Assembly: GCA_021613535.1 (NCBI GenBank)
Contig: CP075494.1
Location: 7,936,001 to 8,000,000, forward strand
Length of the DNA stretch: 64,000 bases
Direction of reading: 5' to 3'
Origin: Adineta vaga
Lineage: Eukaryota; Animalia; Rotifera
Below the pieces are notes generated by a model. That model ran no database searches. It had not been told where the DNA came from and was given only the letters and a program-made list of their open reading frames with translations. Of the stretch, positions 1 through 12,192 are shown piece after piece. Made by a program: the position numbers and the translations under genes. Every line of letters begins with the position of its first letter. Within the stretch, counting starts at the first letter, position 1.

Positions 1-3000
1 ACAATTACATCATTCTATCTCGAAGTAATTCTTCACTTACCGATCTTTATTTTCAAATAATTGATGATCAAATGCCCAAATACGTTCCGTTTTATAATTA
101 ACTGGATGTGGTTTGTTAACATATACTTCGACATTATTATCATTAATTTCACAGCATGTATACATTCGACGTTTATCACGTGTTAATATTAATGCACTAT
201 GAATATTTTTATGACCGCCCGTTAAACATCTTGGTTCACTGTTATCATTGGTATCCTTCGAATGATCAAGATTCGCAACAAAACAATAATCAATTGTCAT
301 ACGATCACGAGCGACTTCTTGATCAGCTTTGATTTCTTCGGAACGACAAATAATTTCAACTTCTGGTCCAGGTAATAATTCAATTTGAATTATTTGATAA
401 CGTGTTGGTTGAGTTGTAAGTAATTCACCTACAAATATAATTTTCATCAACAATCAATCAGATAATCGAAGTCGAAGAGATGAATTCTTACCTTTATTCG
501 TATATACTTGATACATTTGTGATGTCCATAGAGCAAAATGTGTATTACTTACAGCTGCTCCCAACAATGGATCTGTTGGTTGTTGACCAGGTATGGGTTT
601 TGATTGATTTTTATTTCCATTTCCAGGTGTCTGATAATCACGTAGAATATATTCTCCAGTTAATAAATTACATATTATATATTGATTACTAATTGTCGTA
701 GTAACGCAATAACGTTGATCAGGTGCAACAGCTAAATACGTCATGATACCTTCAATTTTAGGATCGATTATTCTGACAATATCACCACTTGATAGATCAA
801 AGACGATGAATTTATTTGATACTGTAAGAAGATGTTGACCAGCTGAAACAACTTCAAGACCATATACAGCAAATTGATGAGCTTCTAATGAATAAACTAA
901 TGGTCCACCTGGTGATGCTAATGTATTGAAAGCAGGTACGAGTGCCATATGTTGTAGACCAATAGTTTCACATTGATCAATAAAGGATGAAATTTTTCGA
1001 CACGTAACATAGAATGGTAGAAGACGACCAATAATTTGACATGTTAGATTATTCGGATCAGCTGCTAAAACAGAACTTGATAAGCGAAGTGCATCACTCA
1101 TGAGTTTAACCTAGGAAATCAAACGTTTATGGAACGAAAATATAGAATTCTTCAAATTTAAAATGAAAATTTGTCTACTTCTTTTTCATGATTGAATTCA
1201 AATGTACTTTCATAATCATAAATACTACTATTCAATGGCATACAAGATAATTTTGCATGAATAAATTCATAATTAAATAGAACATGATGATATAAATCTT
1301 CTATTCGTTCAGATAGAATCAATTGAAATGGTAATTCACTTAGTTTACGTAAATTATATCGAACTGCTGAGGAGTTTACATTCGCTGCTGCGCCTTTATT
1401 TGTTGTAAATATCAATGGTTGAGCTGGTACTTTGCGATCAGCTTCACCATCTGTTGAACTCAAATTAAACATACGTTTTTGATTATCCGTAAATTGAAAT
1501 GGTTTTGGACAACCGGCCCATATACCAAGAAAATAATCAGCCATTTGTGAATGATATTGTCGTCGTTCATCTGGATTAGCCAAATAACGTTCATGAGAGA
1601 CTAAAATAACATTGAGACATCCGTTCATTTCAAACTGTCGTATGTGAAAAACGACTTTCATGACTTTTTGCTTTCTCGAACAGAAGAAAAATATTATCTT
1701 TACCTTCCGCAAATTGTCGATGATACCAACTAACCACCGATACTCCTTCTGCTTCTCGTTCAACTAAATAATTTGGTACATCATTTCGTATACGTGTCCA
1801 TAATAATGGTGGTATTCGTCGAATTGGTGGTAAATGATATTGATAAACATCATTTAAAACTGTTTCATCCAATGATATTAAATCTTCTAATTCAGCTTCA
1901 CTTAGACCTGATCTCGATGCAGTTATATATGACAGAGCATGCTCGACTAGAATATGACCATGTTGATTTTCAATACGACCTAATAGTTTATTAATGGATG
2001 TAGAAACAGTTTTCGCTAAATCTTTCTCTTGTGTTTTCGTATAAGATCTCCACAGTTTGATTTCATCAAAAACTAGTTTAACATATAATGGAGTATTACA
2101 TTCAGTCAATCGTTCGTGAACTAGTTCCCTGTTAGTTGAAAGATTAAATATAATAAAACATATTTTTTTCAATAGAAAGAAGTTAACAAACCATTGTATA
2201 TCAGTAATTGTTCGATGTTGACGAGCTAACCAAGCTTTTAAAACAATCTTACCCAAATCTTCACCTAATGGTTTAATCTAAATAATAATTTCAGAATTGA
2301 TTCGATTCGATTCACTTAGATATAATATTTACTTGAACGAAATTTTCCGGACTATCGATTATATTTCGAAGTGTATTTAGAATATTAGATATTCCTGGTA
2401 ATGTTGAAACAACCTATAGCAAACAAACGACGATTTCAAATCGATAATATAACAAAAGAAAACATTATTCATACAAGTTTAACATGAATTGGTAATGTTG
2501 GTGGGAACCATGACATTGAATGTGCACCATCTGATGATGAAATTTGATCTAATGAATCCAAAAAGATAGATAATGGTTTATCACTCGGTGTTTTCTCTAA
2601 TAAACGTTTAAAATAATTAATCAATTGAGATAATTCAGTGGGAATAGTATTTTCTGATATTTGATAAAGATAACATAATTGTTGACAAATACTACGTAGT
2701 AAAGGTCCAATCGATGAACTATCTGGTGTAGTACCAAGAAATCGAACAATTCTTATCGGTGTGCAATGTCGACTTGGAAACCAGGAAGTAGAATCCGTTG
2801 CAATCTTTGCTAACATACTAGATTTACCACAACCACCTTCACCCCAAAGAACTAATGGTTGTTTGGATGGACCTTGAATGTAATTACGAACACGTTCAAG
2901 AATATCAGTACGTCCTTGAAAATCTTGACTAAAATTATTGACGACATGAAGTTGTTGAAGAATTTCCGTGAAAACTCTTCAAATGAAAGAAATTTCTACA

Positions 3001-4524
3001 TGATATTCTCTTCAATCGACGATCTTACCTATTCGATGGAAAAGTATTCTGTTTTCTTACACCATCATCGATCATTTCTATGATACGTCGATAGAATGTT
3101 TCAATGAAATCTTTTAAATAATCTGCATGAACTGTTTTATTTAAACCATCATCATCGGACCATTCAACTGTATATCGAATAATACTTGATTCAGGTAAAA
3201 CTGCTGGAACCTGTTAATAATAGAACTCAGTATTTTCTTCTTTATCATTTTCTACTTACTCGAACATCTCGTAAATCTGATAACATATGTTGAGCTTCCA
3301 TATCAACTTTTTTCGATGCTATATCAATAAATTTCATTGAATGACGTAATAAATCCACGTTAATATTTTCAATATGACGAAAAAAGGCAATTGTATGTTC
3401 GAGTCTATCTTTTGCATTTAGAATACCTCGTACAACTTCTTGCTCAGTAACTAAATAATAACAAGAGAGAAAAGACATTAGATTTTTCTTTTCAATTTAC
3501 CTGACCAATTGTATCGATGATTGTCTTGTGCAGTAAATTTTCCTTGTTTATACAATTCTAATGCTGCGACACGTACAGCTCGGTTCAATTTTCCCATTGT
3601 TTCCCACCATGAACTTTGATCTTCTTCCATCAGACGAGGATGTGCTCGATTAGTAAAATTCGTAAAAATAGAACTGACTGGTTGTAAACAAAATAAACTT
3701 GGTATATTGTTTGAATCGAGTTTATACCATTGATTCAGTAATCGTGCATCTTCTTTACTTGAAACCGAAGTCACTAAACGAAATTCTTCTTCTTCAATTT
3801 TCGTTGGTAATGGCCGATAACCATATTTTTGGCCGAGAAATACCTATTTATTAAATTCTTCAACAATTAAAAAGGAGAGCGTAGTTAATATTCCTATGGA
3901 ATCTAATTTTCAATCGGAAACATTGATTGCTCTCTTTGAACAAAGAAAAAACTTCAACAAGTTTGATTTGTTTTAAGACAACAGAAAAGAAAGATAAATA
4001 TTTATTTTAACTAATAAATGTTTTCTTCTCTTGATAGAAATTAACTTTCTCATTGTTACTATTCAAGTGACAGATAGAAAAAGATTTCGACTGTTTTATC
4101 TATGAAAAAAGCAAAGTTGAACGTTTTTCTCCTACCACAAAATTCGGTCCAACTGAAACACGTTGACAATTGTCGATTTCTTGCATACATAATTCAGTTG
4201 TCTTATGATCATCTGTTGCTTCATCACGAACACCCCAACGCATATCTACAACTTGAAATTCTAAGCCATGTTTTTCTCGACAATACTCTTTCAATTTTGG
4301 ATATGTATGTTGCATCAATGAATTACGTTCCATACTTGTGTCTAAATGATATTGTTAAAAAGGACATTTCGTTCTATGTCATGAGATGAAAATCTACCCG
4401 TAAATGTTGATGAAGTAAAAATACGAACAATTTTCGATGCAAGACTTGGTAATCTATCCAGTTTACCATAGAATACATGTTGAATAACTTCAAGTTGTTC
4501 TTCAGTATATTCCTGTTCAGGCAT
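1..4524 (-). CDS. NACHT- and WD-repeat-containing protein (NWD1/NWD2-like), multi-exon, 3' end outside the window
   Basis: Exonic ORFs give 'VRIFTSSTFT', 'FQVVDMRWGVRDEATDDH' (DUF4062-like N-terminus), a Walker A 'GEGGCGKSS' read from ~2817-2845, 'IFLDSLDQ' (Walker B), 'RKLSELPFQL', then WD-like repeats. Short GT-AG introns separate them; ATG at 4524. Confidence 0.9.
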
Positions 4525-5119
4525 AATGCTCGATTATGAATGAATTAGTTGCTGTTTGACGTTCAAATGGAAAGCGTCAAAAAATGAGAAAGTAAAAAAA
4601 GAGAGTTCTCGATAAATAAATAGTTCTTTTCTTTTCCTTCTTTTTTGTGCGTTGTCAATCATAATCACCTTATTACGTTTTTTCTTGATAATAAGAAATA
4701 GAAAGCAAAAAACACCGCAGAGAACTCGTTGATGTTTCTCTCACCAGATGAATGATTGAACTTTCTGTTGATTGCCGAGCTCCTTTTCTTTCAAATCGAA
4801 TGAAAAATCTTTTCTATGTGTAATCGAGTATAAACTATTTCTATTAAAATTAGAAATATCAATGATGTAGTTTTCAAAAACTTCTTGAACGTTCATTGTA
4901 TTTAATTCGGCAGACTTTACGAAATTGAAAAGAGAACATAATATAAATGAACATAATTGATGACAATTAAACACTTCATTGAGACTTCGTAGAAAAAACT
5001 TTTTATGTTTTTGTTATGTGTTTAGACATCAACGAATCACAAACGATTTTCATTAGCTGAATATTTTTGATCTTTTTCCGTCTTGTTTCATGACTGGATA
5101 TTTCCGAGATTTGATTCGG
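1980..5119. repeat. Left copy of a local segmental duplication (partner at 16728-17973)
   Basis: 1980-2690 is near-identical to 16728-17360; 4949-4990 matches 17344-17390; 4990-5119 matches 17845-17973. Confidence 0.9.
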
Positions 5120-5121
5120 TC

Positions 5122-6420
5122 GGGTGGTGTGGGTATTCATATTATTACAGAACGTCACCCACACCCACACCCACACCCTTAAGATGCATGAAGCAAAAAT
5201 TCTGCCTGTGAATTTTTTAATAAAGCCACTGGGTTCATTGAAGAAAGGTTTTTTTCAGTAGAAGTTCCAGTGACGTTAGCGTTATGATGCTTCTTATTCA
5301 AAGTATTTGAGTATCTTGAGCCTAATTACGATTCTTTCAGAAAACGATAAGCTAATTCCAAGGACGAGCGCTTTTTATACTAAAAGCGTAAAAATAAATT
5401 TCCTATATATCAGCACACTCTGTCAAGTTTTAGAAAAGGAACTGATAATCACACTAATCTAAACTAGTCAGTTAACATGTAACTCGTCAACATTAGAATT
5501 CACAAATTACATAATTTATTTTAAAAAAAACTTTTTCCCGAATATTCCTACTTTTTTTTTCTTTCGTTACATCAAATAGATGTTTAATCTCTTTTAATCT
5601 GTTTTGAAAGTTAAATGAAAAACAAAATAATACTGATGTTAAAAAAAGATCATCAACAACGACTTCAAAACAATTTCTGCTTTTCCCTAATTATCACGTT
5701 TTTTATTGAATTCAAAAGATTTTGTAGCTAATTTAAATTAAAGATTCACTTATATTTTGTGCTTTTCATCTTTCTTTTACAAGATTCAATCGAGTATACG
5801 TTATTATTTATTGTTTATTTTTACACATAGGATATTCTAGTATAAGATTCGAGTTTTTCTGTCTATGATTCGCCCAACGACTGGTTCCAAGTAGCTCTCG
5901 ACGAGCTCTATCGATTCAAAAAAACATTTTTTTTTGGTAATGAGTAAGTAATTTCTTAATGATCATATTAAATAATAGAATAAAGAGAAGAAAAAACTGA
6001 TTATAGGCAGTTTGATTCTTTAAAAGAGAAGAGGAAAATTATAATTATATTCTTTCTTGCAGAGACGAGTTTCGTAAACATAAATTATTTACTTCTGTGT
6101 TCCCACTTTAAAATAATGTGATGTTAGTTTTCGAGAATTGTATCAATGAAAAGATATATAGAGTAGGATTTCTAGGGTGTGGGTGTAGACGTGAGTATGC
6201 AAGGGGAAAAGAGCGAATCCTGGATCTCCATAGATTCTCGTAGATCCTAGCATCTCAAAAAGACTGACTCTCGTGGATCCTGAAAGATACTCATGAGTTC
6301 TCATGGATCAGCATGAATTGTAGGATCCCAGGAACTATGAGAATCCAGGATCAGCCTTTTCCCTTTGTGTGGATGTATGTATGTGGGTACTCTGTCAAGG
6401 AAAACTTGCATCCACGCCCT
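5122..6420. mobile_element. Probable decayed non-autonomous element with inverted (CCCACA)n/(TGTGGG)n ends
   Basis: cccacacccacacccacaccc at 5158-5178 and gggtgtgggtgt at 6175-6186, with weak inverted similarity of the two ends. No ORF. Confidence 0.4.
6200..6367. mobile_element. MITE of ~168 bp with ~48-bp imperfect TIRs
   Basis: Left end caaggggaaaagagcgaatcctggatctccatag; reverse complement of right end caaagggaaaaggctgatcctggattctcatag. TG flanks both sides (possible 2-bp TSD). Confidence 0.7.
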
Positions 6421-6820
6421 ATTCCTTTCACTGAATAGGGGTCCTATGAAAAAAGGTTTCTATGCGCTTTTGTATCAGTATCAAAGGTCGAAAAACCATT
6501 TTCTTCGAGACTTTCTTAAACATTGGAAATCGAGAGTAGAATAAGGGTACGATGATAGGTGGAGTCAATGTGAAAGATCAAGGGTCAAAAGCTAAAGGCT
6601 GCATAACATAAAAATATTGCCATACTCTACAGTGCGAGCTAGATTCGCGCTTTCGATAAATATAATATGAGATTTCAATCAGTCGGTCGTTATTTATTGA
6701 TAACATCATTAAAAGTTTAGTAATATTAAAATAGAAACTTTTGATCATTCTAGAAATGATAATTCAATAAATGAACACAGAGCTAGAACCGAGCCAGTAT
6801 CAGGTTGAAGAAAAATAAAA

Positions 6821-6866
6821 TACAGTAAAACCTGTCTAATTTGAACATCATTGGAATCAATGAAAA
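6821..6866 (+). mobile_element. Solo TIR fragment of Tc1/mariner/pogo type
   Basis: TA-CAGTAAAACCTGTCTAATTTGAAC resembles pogo/Tigger-type termini. No partner end found. Confidence 0.35.
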
Positions 6867-6919
6867 ACGTAGGAGAATGAGCGAATCATATAAAAACATC
6901 TTAAAGATACGATCGCATA

Positions 6920-7004
6920 GACATGCAGCAGTCTCAGTTAACTCGGTGAGAGTCAGACTCGAACTTAGTCTATAATTTCATGTGTTCTCTTTTGCTTTTG
7001 AGAA
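6920..7004 (+). repeat. 85-bp direct repeat, copy 1
   Basis: Matches 7626-7710 with 2 mismatches. Confidence 0.95.
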
Positions 7005-7005
7005 T

Positions 7006-7626
7006 AGGGAAAGCGACAACTGGTCGAAAGAAAATTAGTCGAACGACAATTGGTCGAACGGACAATTAGTCGACACAAAGATTGGTCTTATATGAAATAG
7101 AACTGTATTATAGTTAATTGATTAACAAAAGTTGACAATTAACTATGACTCATAAGTTATGCGCAAGCCCTCTATTTATTTAAGTAATGTTGAATGTGAG
7201 GGGACCATAAGATCCTTTAAGTACTTGTTACAAATCAAATATTCTTCTGGTTGAATCAGGTTTAGCAGCTTTAGTTCTAACAAGCAAGCGGGATATAATC
7301 TTTCTTTTGGCAATAAGCCTCCTTTTAAAAATATCTGAATAAGTTTATGAAATCTGACTATCTAATCATTAGATTTTCAAGGATTTGGTCGAATTCTGTA
7401 TCCTTCTTCCTCTCTTTCAACAAATTAAACAATATAATGTTTCAGATCGCTTCGTTAAATTAATTAAGACTTAAACAGACTATTATTGTATTCGTGTACA
7501 AACTAATGAATTTCGACCGATATTCGATTCGACTAATTATCGTATCGACTAATTGTCCGTTCGACCAATTGTCGTCGCCCAATTGTCGTTCAACTAATTT
7601 TCTTTCGACCAGTTGTCGTATACCCG
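7006..7626. mobile_element. MITE of ~620 bp with ~70-85 bp TIRs built from short repeats (MULE-like, tentative)
   Basis: Left end gggaaagcgacaactggtcgaaagaaaattagtcgaacgacaattggtcgaacggacaattagtcg; reverse complement of right end gggtatacgacaactggtcgaaagaaaattagttgaacgacaattgg...cggacaattagtcg. Confidence 0.8.
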
Positions 7627-7710
7627 ACATGCGGCAGTCTCAGTTAACTCGGTGAGAGTCAGACTCGAATTTAGTCTATAATTTCATGTGTTCTCTTTTG
7701 CTTTTGAGAA
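7626..7710 (+). repeat. 85-bp direct repeat, copy 2
   Basis: Matches 6920-7004 with 2 mismatches. Confidence 0.95.
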
Positions 7711-8286
7711 CATTTGATACACCACCAATTGTTCATAGATTAAATTTATCTCGTAGATTATGATAAAATGAACCGGCTTTATTTTCTTTAAATCAATGAA
7801 TTTTCTTGCTAAGATCTTTAGGGATAGACGTATTCGAAATAAAAACTAAATTACGTCGAACTCATAGAATGAAATTAGTTTATGAGCATGTGAAGCATGG
7901 GCGTGAAAAGAAGAGACTATCGATATCTACCATCAAAGATTTCCTTTTATGATTGAACTTTTGTTCAACATCGCGTGCAAAAACATCCTTTCTCAAAACG
8001 AACTCTTCTGTGAAACTCAAAAAATTGCTAATGAAAAGTACGTATCTTGAGAGGGTACTGAAATTCATAATCATACACAGCTGACGAAACTCTACTCAAC
8101 ACATACGCTAACGCCATCTCTCTGCATAAACTAACTATTCGCCTTAGTTGAAATCGTCAGATTTAACTATCTTTTTCGAATGACAAAAATACAATACTAT
8201 CACTAAAGCGAATTTCTTCTCATAACAAACTAAATATATTCAATAGCTTGTATTCTCAATAAACTTTTGTGGAATTTAAAGCAAAT

Positions 8287-11200
8287 ATGTACACATTTTC
8301 AACATTACCGATTGAACTCGTCTATCGAATTTTGGATCATCTGTCTGGTTTTACACTATTTTGTTCGATGCAAAATGTTTGCCAACGTTTTAATCAAATT
8401 CTGGACATTTACCATCGATATCAAGTAAGTTTGAAAAGTGCTTTACCTATTTTCTCATCTGTTCAAGTACACATGAGCCTCGCAATATCTAACTTGATGA
8501 GTTTACTCAAAGAAAAAACAAATTTCACAATTCCGAAGCAATTTTCACGAGTCAACCAAACACAACATTGACTCATGCTATTAAAACAACCCTTCCTCTC
8601 ACTTGTTCTTTTCTATCTATACCCATGGAATATATATCTTATTAAAAATGCACTCATGTGTCGCACAAGAATAAAACACCTTTCCCATTTCAAACAAATG
8701 CCTCTATTGCCACTCTTGAACAATGCAACAACTGTCTTCGAAAACCACCAAATAAAATAAAGCGAACCGTTTTATATTGTACCCCGATTCAATACGATCT
8801 CTCGCGAACCAAATTTAAACATAACAATAAAAAACCATTCGAAATAAAAAAAAAGTATCATTACCTTCAGTACAGTACTCATTCAACTCATCCGACGATT
8901 CGAACATTAACTCAGCAGTAATCAGACAAGCAACCGTTTTTCTTTTCACCCGATGAAGCCCGATCGAACACTTTCTGAATTCTTTCACACACTAACGTCA
9001 CACCTCTTGTACAAAGCTATATCGAATTGAAAAAATTACTTTAAAGTTCCGATTGCTTTGCCCACATTCTCGAAAAGAATATTCTATACATAGACACTCA
9101 ACAAACTGAATCTCGTGGGCAATCAAATCGGTGATCAAGAAGCACAACATATTGGTGATGCCTTGCGAACGAACGCGGTAATATTCATTCGCCCTTCACC
9201 TAGCTGACACATTCATGTTCTCTATCGTCCATAGACACTCACCACACTAGATCTCGGGAGAAATCAAATAGGCGGACAAGGAGCCCAACATATTGGTGAT
9301 GCTTTGCGAACAAACACGGTACTATTCATTCGCCCCTCACCTAACTGATACATTCATGTTCTCTCTCGTCTATAGACGCTCATCACACTAAATCTCGCGG
9401 GCAACCGAATCGGTAATCAAGGTGCCCAACATATTGGTGATGCGTTGCGAACGAACACGGTAATATTCATGCGCCCTTCACCGAGCTGGCACACCCACAC
9501 CCTCTATCGTTCATAGACACTCACCGCACTAGATCTCGAGAGAAACCAAATAGGCGGACAAGGAGCCCAACATATTGGTGATGGCTTGCGAACTAACACG
9601 GTAATATTCATTCACCCTTCACCTAACTAACCCATCCATGTTCTAATCTGCGATGCAAAAGTATCCGTACAAATATTCGTGCGTCCTGTGAAGCAACAAT
9701 TCAACCGTTTTTCTTGATTAACCTTTTATTTAATAGAACATAAAAAACAGTTTATATACACATATTAACAAACACTATAAACGCCGTTCCTGTACATTTT
9801 CAAAAGCTTTCGTCGAACATCTAAAATCATATGTGTAACCATATGTTGATCTAATTGTTTTGCTTTCAAAACAATTCTTCGAGCTAATTGATCGAGATTT
9901 TTCGCCTCCTATGCTCCTTCGTACACCTTTTTTTCCAATAACGACCAAATTGTTTCGATAGGACGTGCTTGAGGAACATTCGGAGGATTTTGATGACGTT
10001 GAACATAAGTTATGTTATTTTCTATGAGAAATTGTTGAACTTGATTTGCATAATGAGACGACGCAAGATCAGGCCAAAACAAAATATTATCATTTTTGTG
10101 ATGCTTCTTGATGAATGGCAATAGGCGTTTACGTAGACATTCATTTAAATACGATCCTTGCTTTATAGCCAGTTTTGAACGATGAACATAGATAGATGAT
10201 ATACCTTTCGGAGAGATTGCCATCCAGCCGAGCAGGTGTTCTTCATACTTCTTCTTTTTTTTTGAATTTCACGTCAGATGGTGTTGTTTGTGGATCAGAT
10301 GTATAATAATGACCATTATCATATGAATTTCCACTTAATGTAAAATATTTTTCATCATCCATAATGAGTTGTACATCAGGTTTTAAAATTTTGTAAAGCT
10401 TCAGACAATTTGATTTAGCTCGCCGTTCTTGATCATTATTTGCATATTTTGGAGCAGATTTTCGTTTATATATTTTAATTGTTGTTCGGTTATTGATAAT
10501 ACGTGAAATTGTCGATTGGTGGACTCTAAATCGTCGACCAAGTCGACGTTGACTAACGCCAGTTTTGTTATTAATCTTCTCGATCAGTTCGTTCACTTTT
10601 TTAGCAGACATTTTCGAAGGTCGACCAGATTTTGGTAAAAAAATTGTTGTGGAATGTTCTTTATACTTTTTTAATATGTCATATATTGTTTGAGTGGAAT
10701 ATTTTGTTTCACAAAATGCGAAACCGTGTTTTTCACAACATTTTTTGAGTTATTTATATAAAAAGTTACAATCGATTTTGCAAGGTTTTCTTGTTGCTGT
10801 TGTGTTCGTTTCATTTAAAATTATGAACAGAAGAGTCATATGACGTTCGAAAGAGGTCACTTTGTTCTATCAAACAAGACGTTAACTCAGTTTCTACGAC
10901 TTACCGTTCTTGTTTTATAGATTTAGACATTTGTACTGATACTTTTGCATCCCAGGTTATGTCGTCTATAGACACTCACTACACTAAATCTCGGGGGCAA
11001 TGAAATCGGTGATCAAGGAGCCCAAGATATTCGTGATGCCTTGCGAACAAACACGGTAATATTCATTCGCCCCTCACCTAACTGATACATTCATGTTCTC
11101 TCTCGTCTATAGACGCTCATCACACTAAATCTCGGGTGCAATCAAATCGGTGATCAAGGTGCCCAACATATTGGTGATGCCTTGCGAACGAACACGGTAA

Positions 11201-12192
11201 TATTCATTCGCCCTTCACCTAACTGAAAGATCCATGTTTTCTCTCCTCTGTAGACACTCACCACACTAAATCTCTGGGACAATCAAATCGGTGATCAAGG
11301 AGCCCAACATATTGGTGATGGCTTGCGAATGAACACGGTAATATTCATTCGCCCTTCACCTAGCTGACAGATCCATGCTTTCTCTCTTGTGTAGACACTC
11401 ACCACACTAAATCTCCGGGACAATCAAATCGGTGATCAAGGTGCCCAACATATTGGTGATGCCTTGCGAACGAACACGGTAATATTCATTCACACCTCAC
11501 CTAACTGAGCCATCCATGTTCCCTCTCCTCTGTAGACACTCACCACACTAAATCTCGGGTACAATCAAATCGGCCATCAAGGAGCCCAACATATTGGTGA
11601 TGCCTTGCGAACAAACACGGTAATATTCATTCGCCCCTCACCTAACTGACACATTCATGCTCTCTATCGTTCATAGACACTGACCGCACTAGATCTCGAG
11701 ATAAATCAAATCGGCGGACAAGGAGTCCAACATATTGGTGATGGCTTGCGAACAAACACGGTAATATTCATTCGCCCCTCACCTAACTGACACATTCATG
11801 CTCTCTATCGTTCATAGACACTCACCACACTAAATCTCGCGTGCAATCAAATCGGTGATGAAGGAGCCCAATATATTGGTGATGGCTTGCGAACGAACGC
11901 GGTAATATTCATTCACCCATCACCTAACTAACCCATCCATGTTCTCTCTCGTCTATAGACACTCACCACACTAAATCTCGGGTACAATCAAATCAGTGAT
12001 CAAGGTGCCCAACTTATTGGTGATGGCTTGCGAACGAACATGGTAATATTCATTCACCCCTCACCTAACTAACTCATCCATGTTCTCTCTCGTCTATAGA
12101 CACTCATCAGACTAAATCTCGAAGACAATTATATCGGCGGACAAGGAGCAAAATATCTCCGAAATCTTTTAGGAAACGGTTTGAAACAGTAG
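8287..12192 (+). CDS. F-box + 13 RI/NLRC3-type leucine-rich-repeat protein (~412 aa), one LRR per exon
   Basis: Exon 1 (8287-8424) encodes F-box-like MYTFSTLPIELVYRILDHL...NVCQRFNQIL and ends at GTAAGT. LRR exons start at 9094, 9235, 9376, 9517, 10972, 11113, 11254, 11395, 11536, 11677, 11818, 11959 (84 nt each, consensus TLTTLNLxxNQIGDQGAQHIGDALRTNT). Terminal exon 12100-12192 ends in TAG. All introns are phase 0 GT-AG and no exon has an internal stop. Confidence 0.9.
9646..10957 (-). mobile_element. Tc1/mariner-superfamily DNA transposon, DD37E type, full length (1312 bp)
   Basis: 29-bp TIRs (atctgcgatgcaaaagtatccgtacaaat vs acctgggatgcaaaagtatcagtacaaat) with TA on both sides. Removing the element and one TA restores a 57-nt intron. 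Confidence 0.93.
9765..10814 (-). pseudogene. DD37E transposase pseudogene
   Basis: HTH region followed by IMDDEKYF, WPDLASSHY and NPPNVPQARPIE, with 37 residues between the second D and the E. Frameshifts near 10695 and in the poly-A near 10255; in-frame TAG at 9909-9911. Confidence 0.9.

Larger units (their letters stand above)
9094..12183 (+). repeat. Tandem array of 141-bp units (84-nt exon + 57-nt intron), 13 exon units, interrupted by a transposon
   Basis: Exact 141-bp period. Intron consensus gtaatattcattcgcccytcacctaactgacacattcatgttctctmtcgtctatag. Confidence 0.95.

Noticed and set aside
8075-8165. Hammerhead ribozyme (CTGACGA...GAAA)
   Set aside because: The required flanking helices could not be formed.
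9094-12130. Diversity-generating retroelement behind the LRR variation
   Set aside because: No reverse transcriptase or template repeat is in the window, and the variation is not confined to adenines.
9094-12183. CRISPR-like or satellite array
   Set aside because: Units are 141 bp with no unique spacers and resolve into GT-AG introns plus in-frame LRR exons. No cas genes are present.
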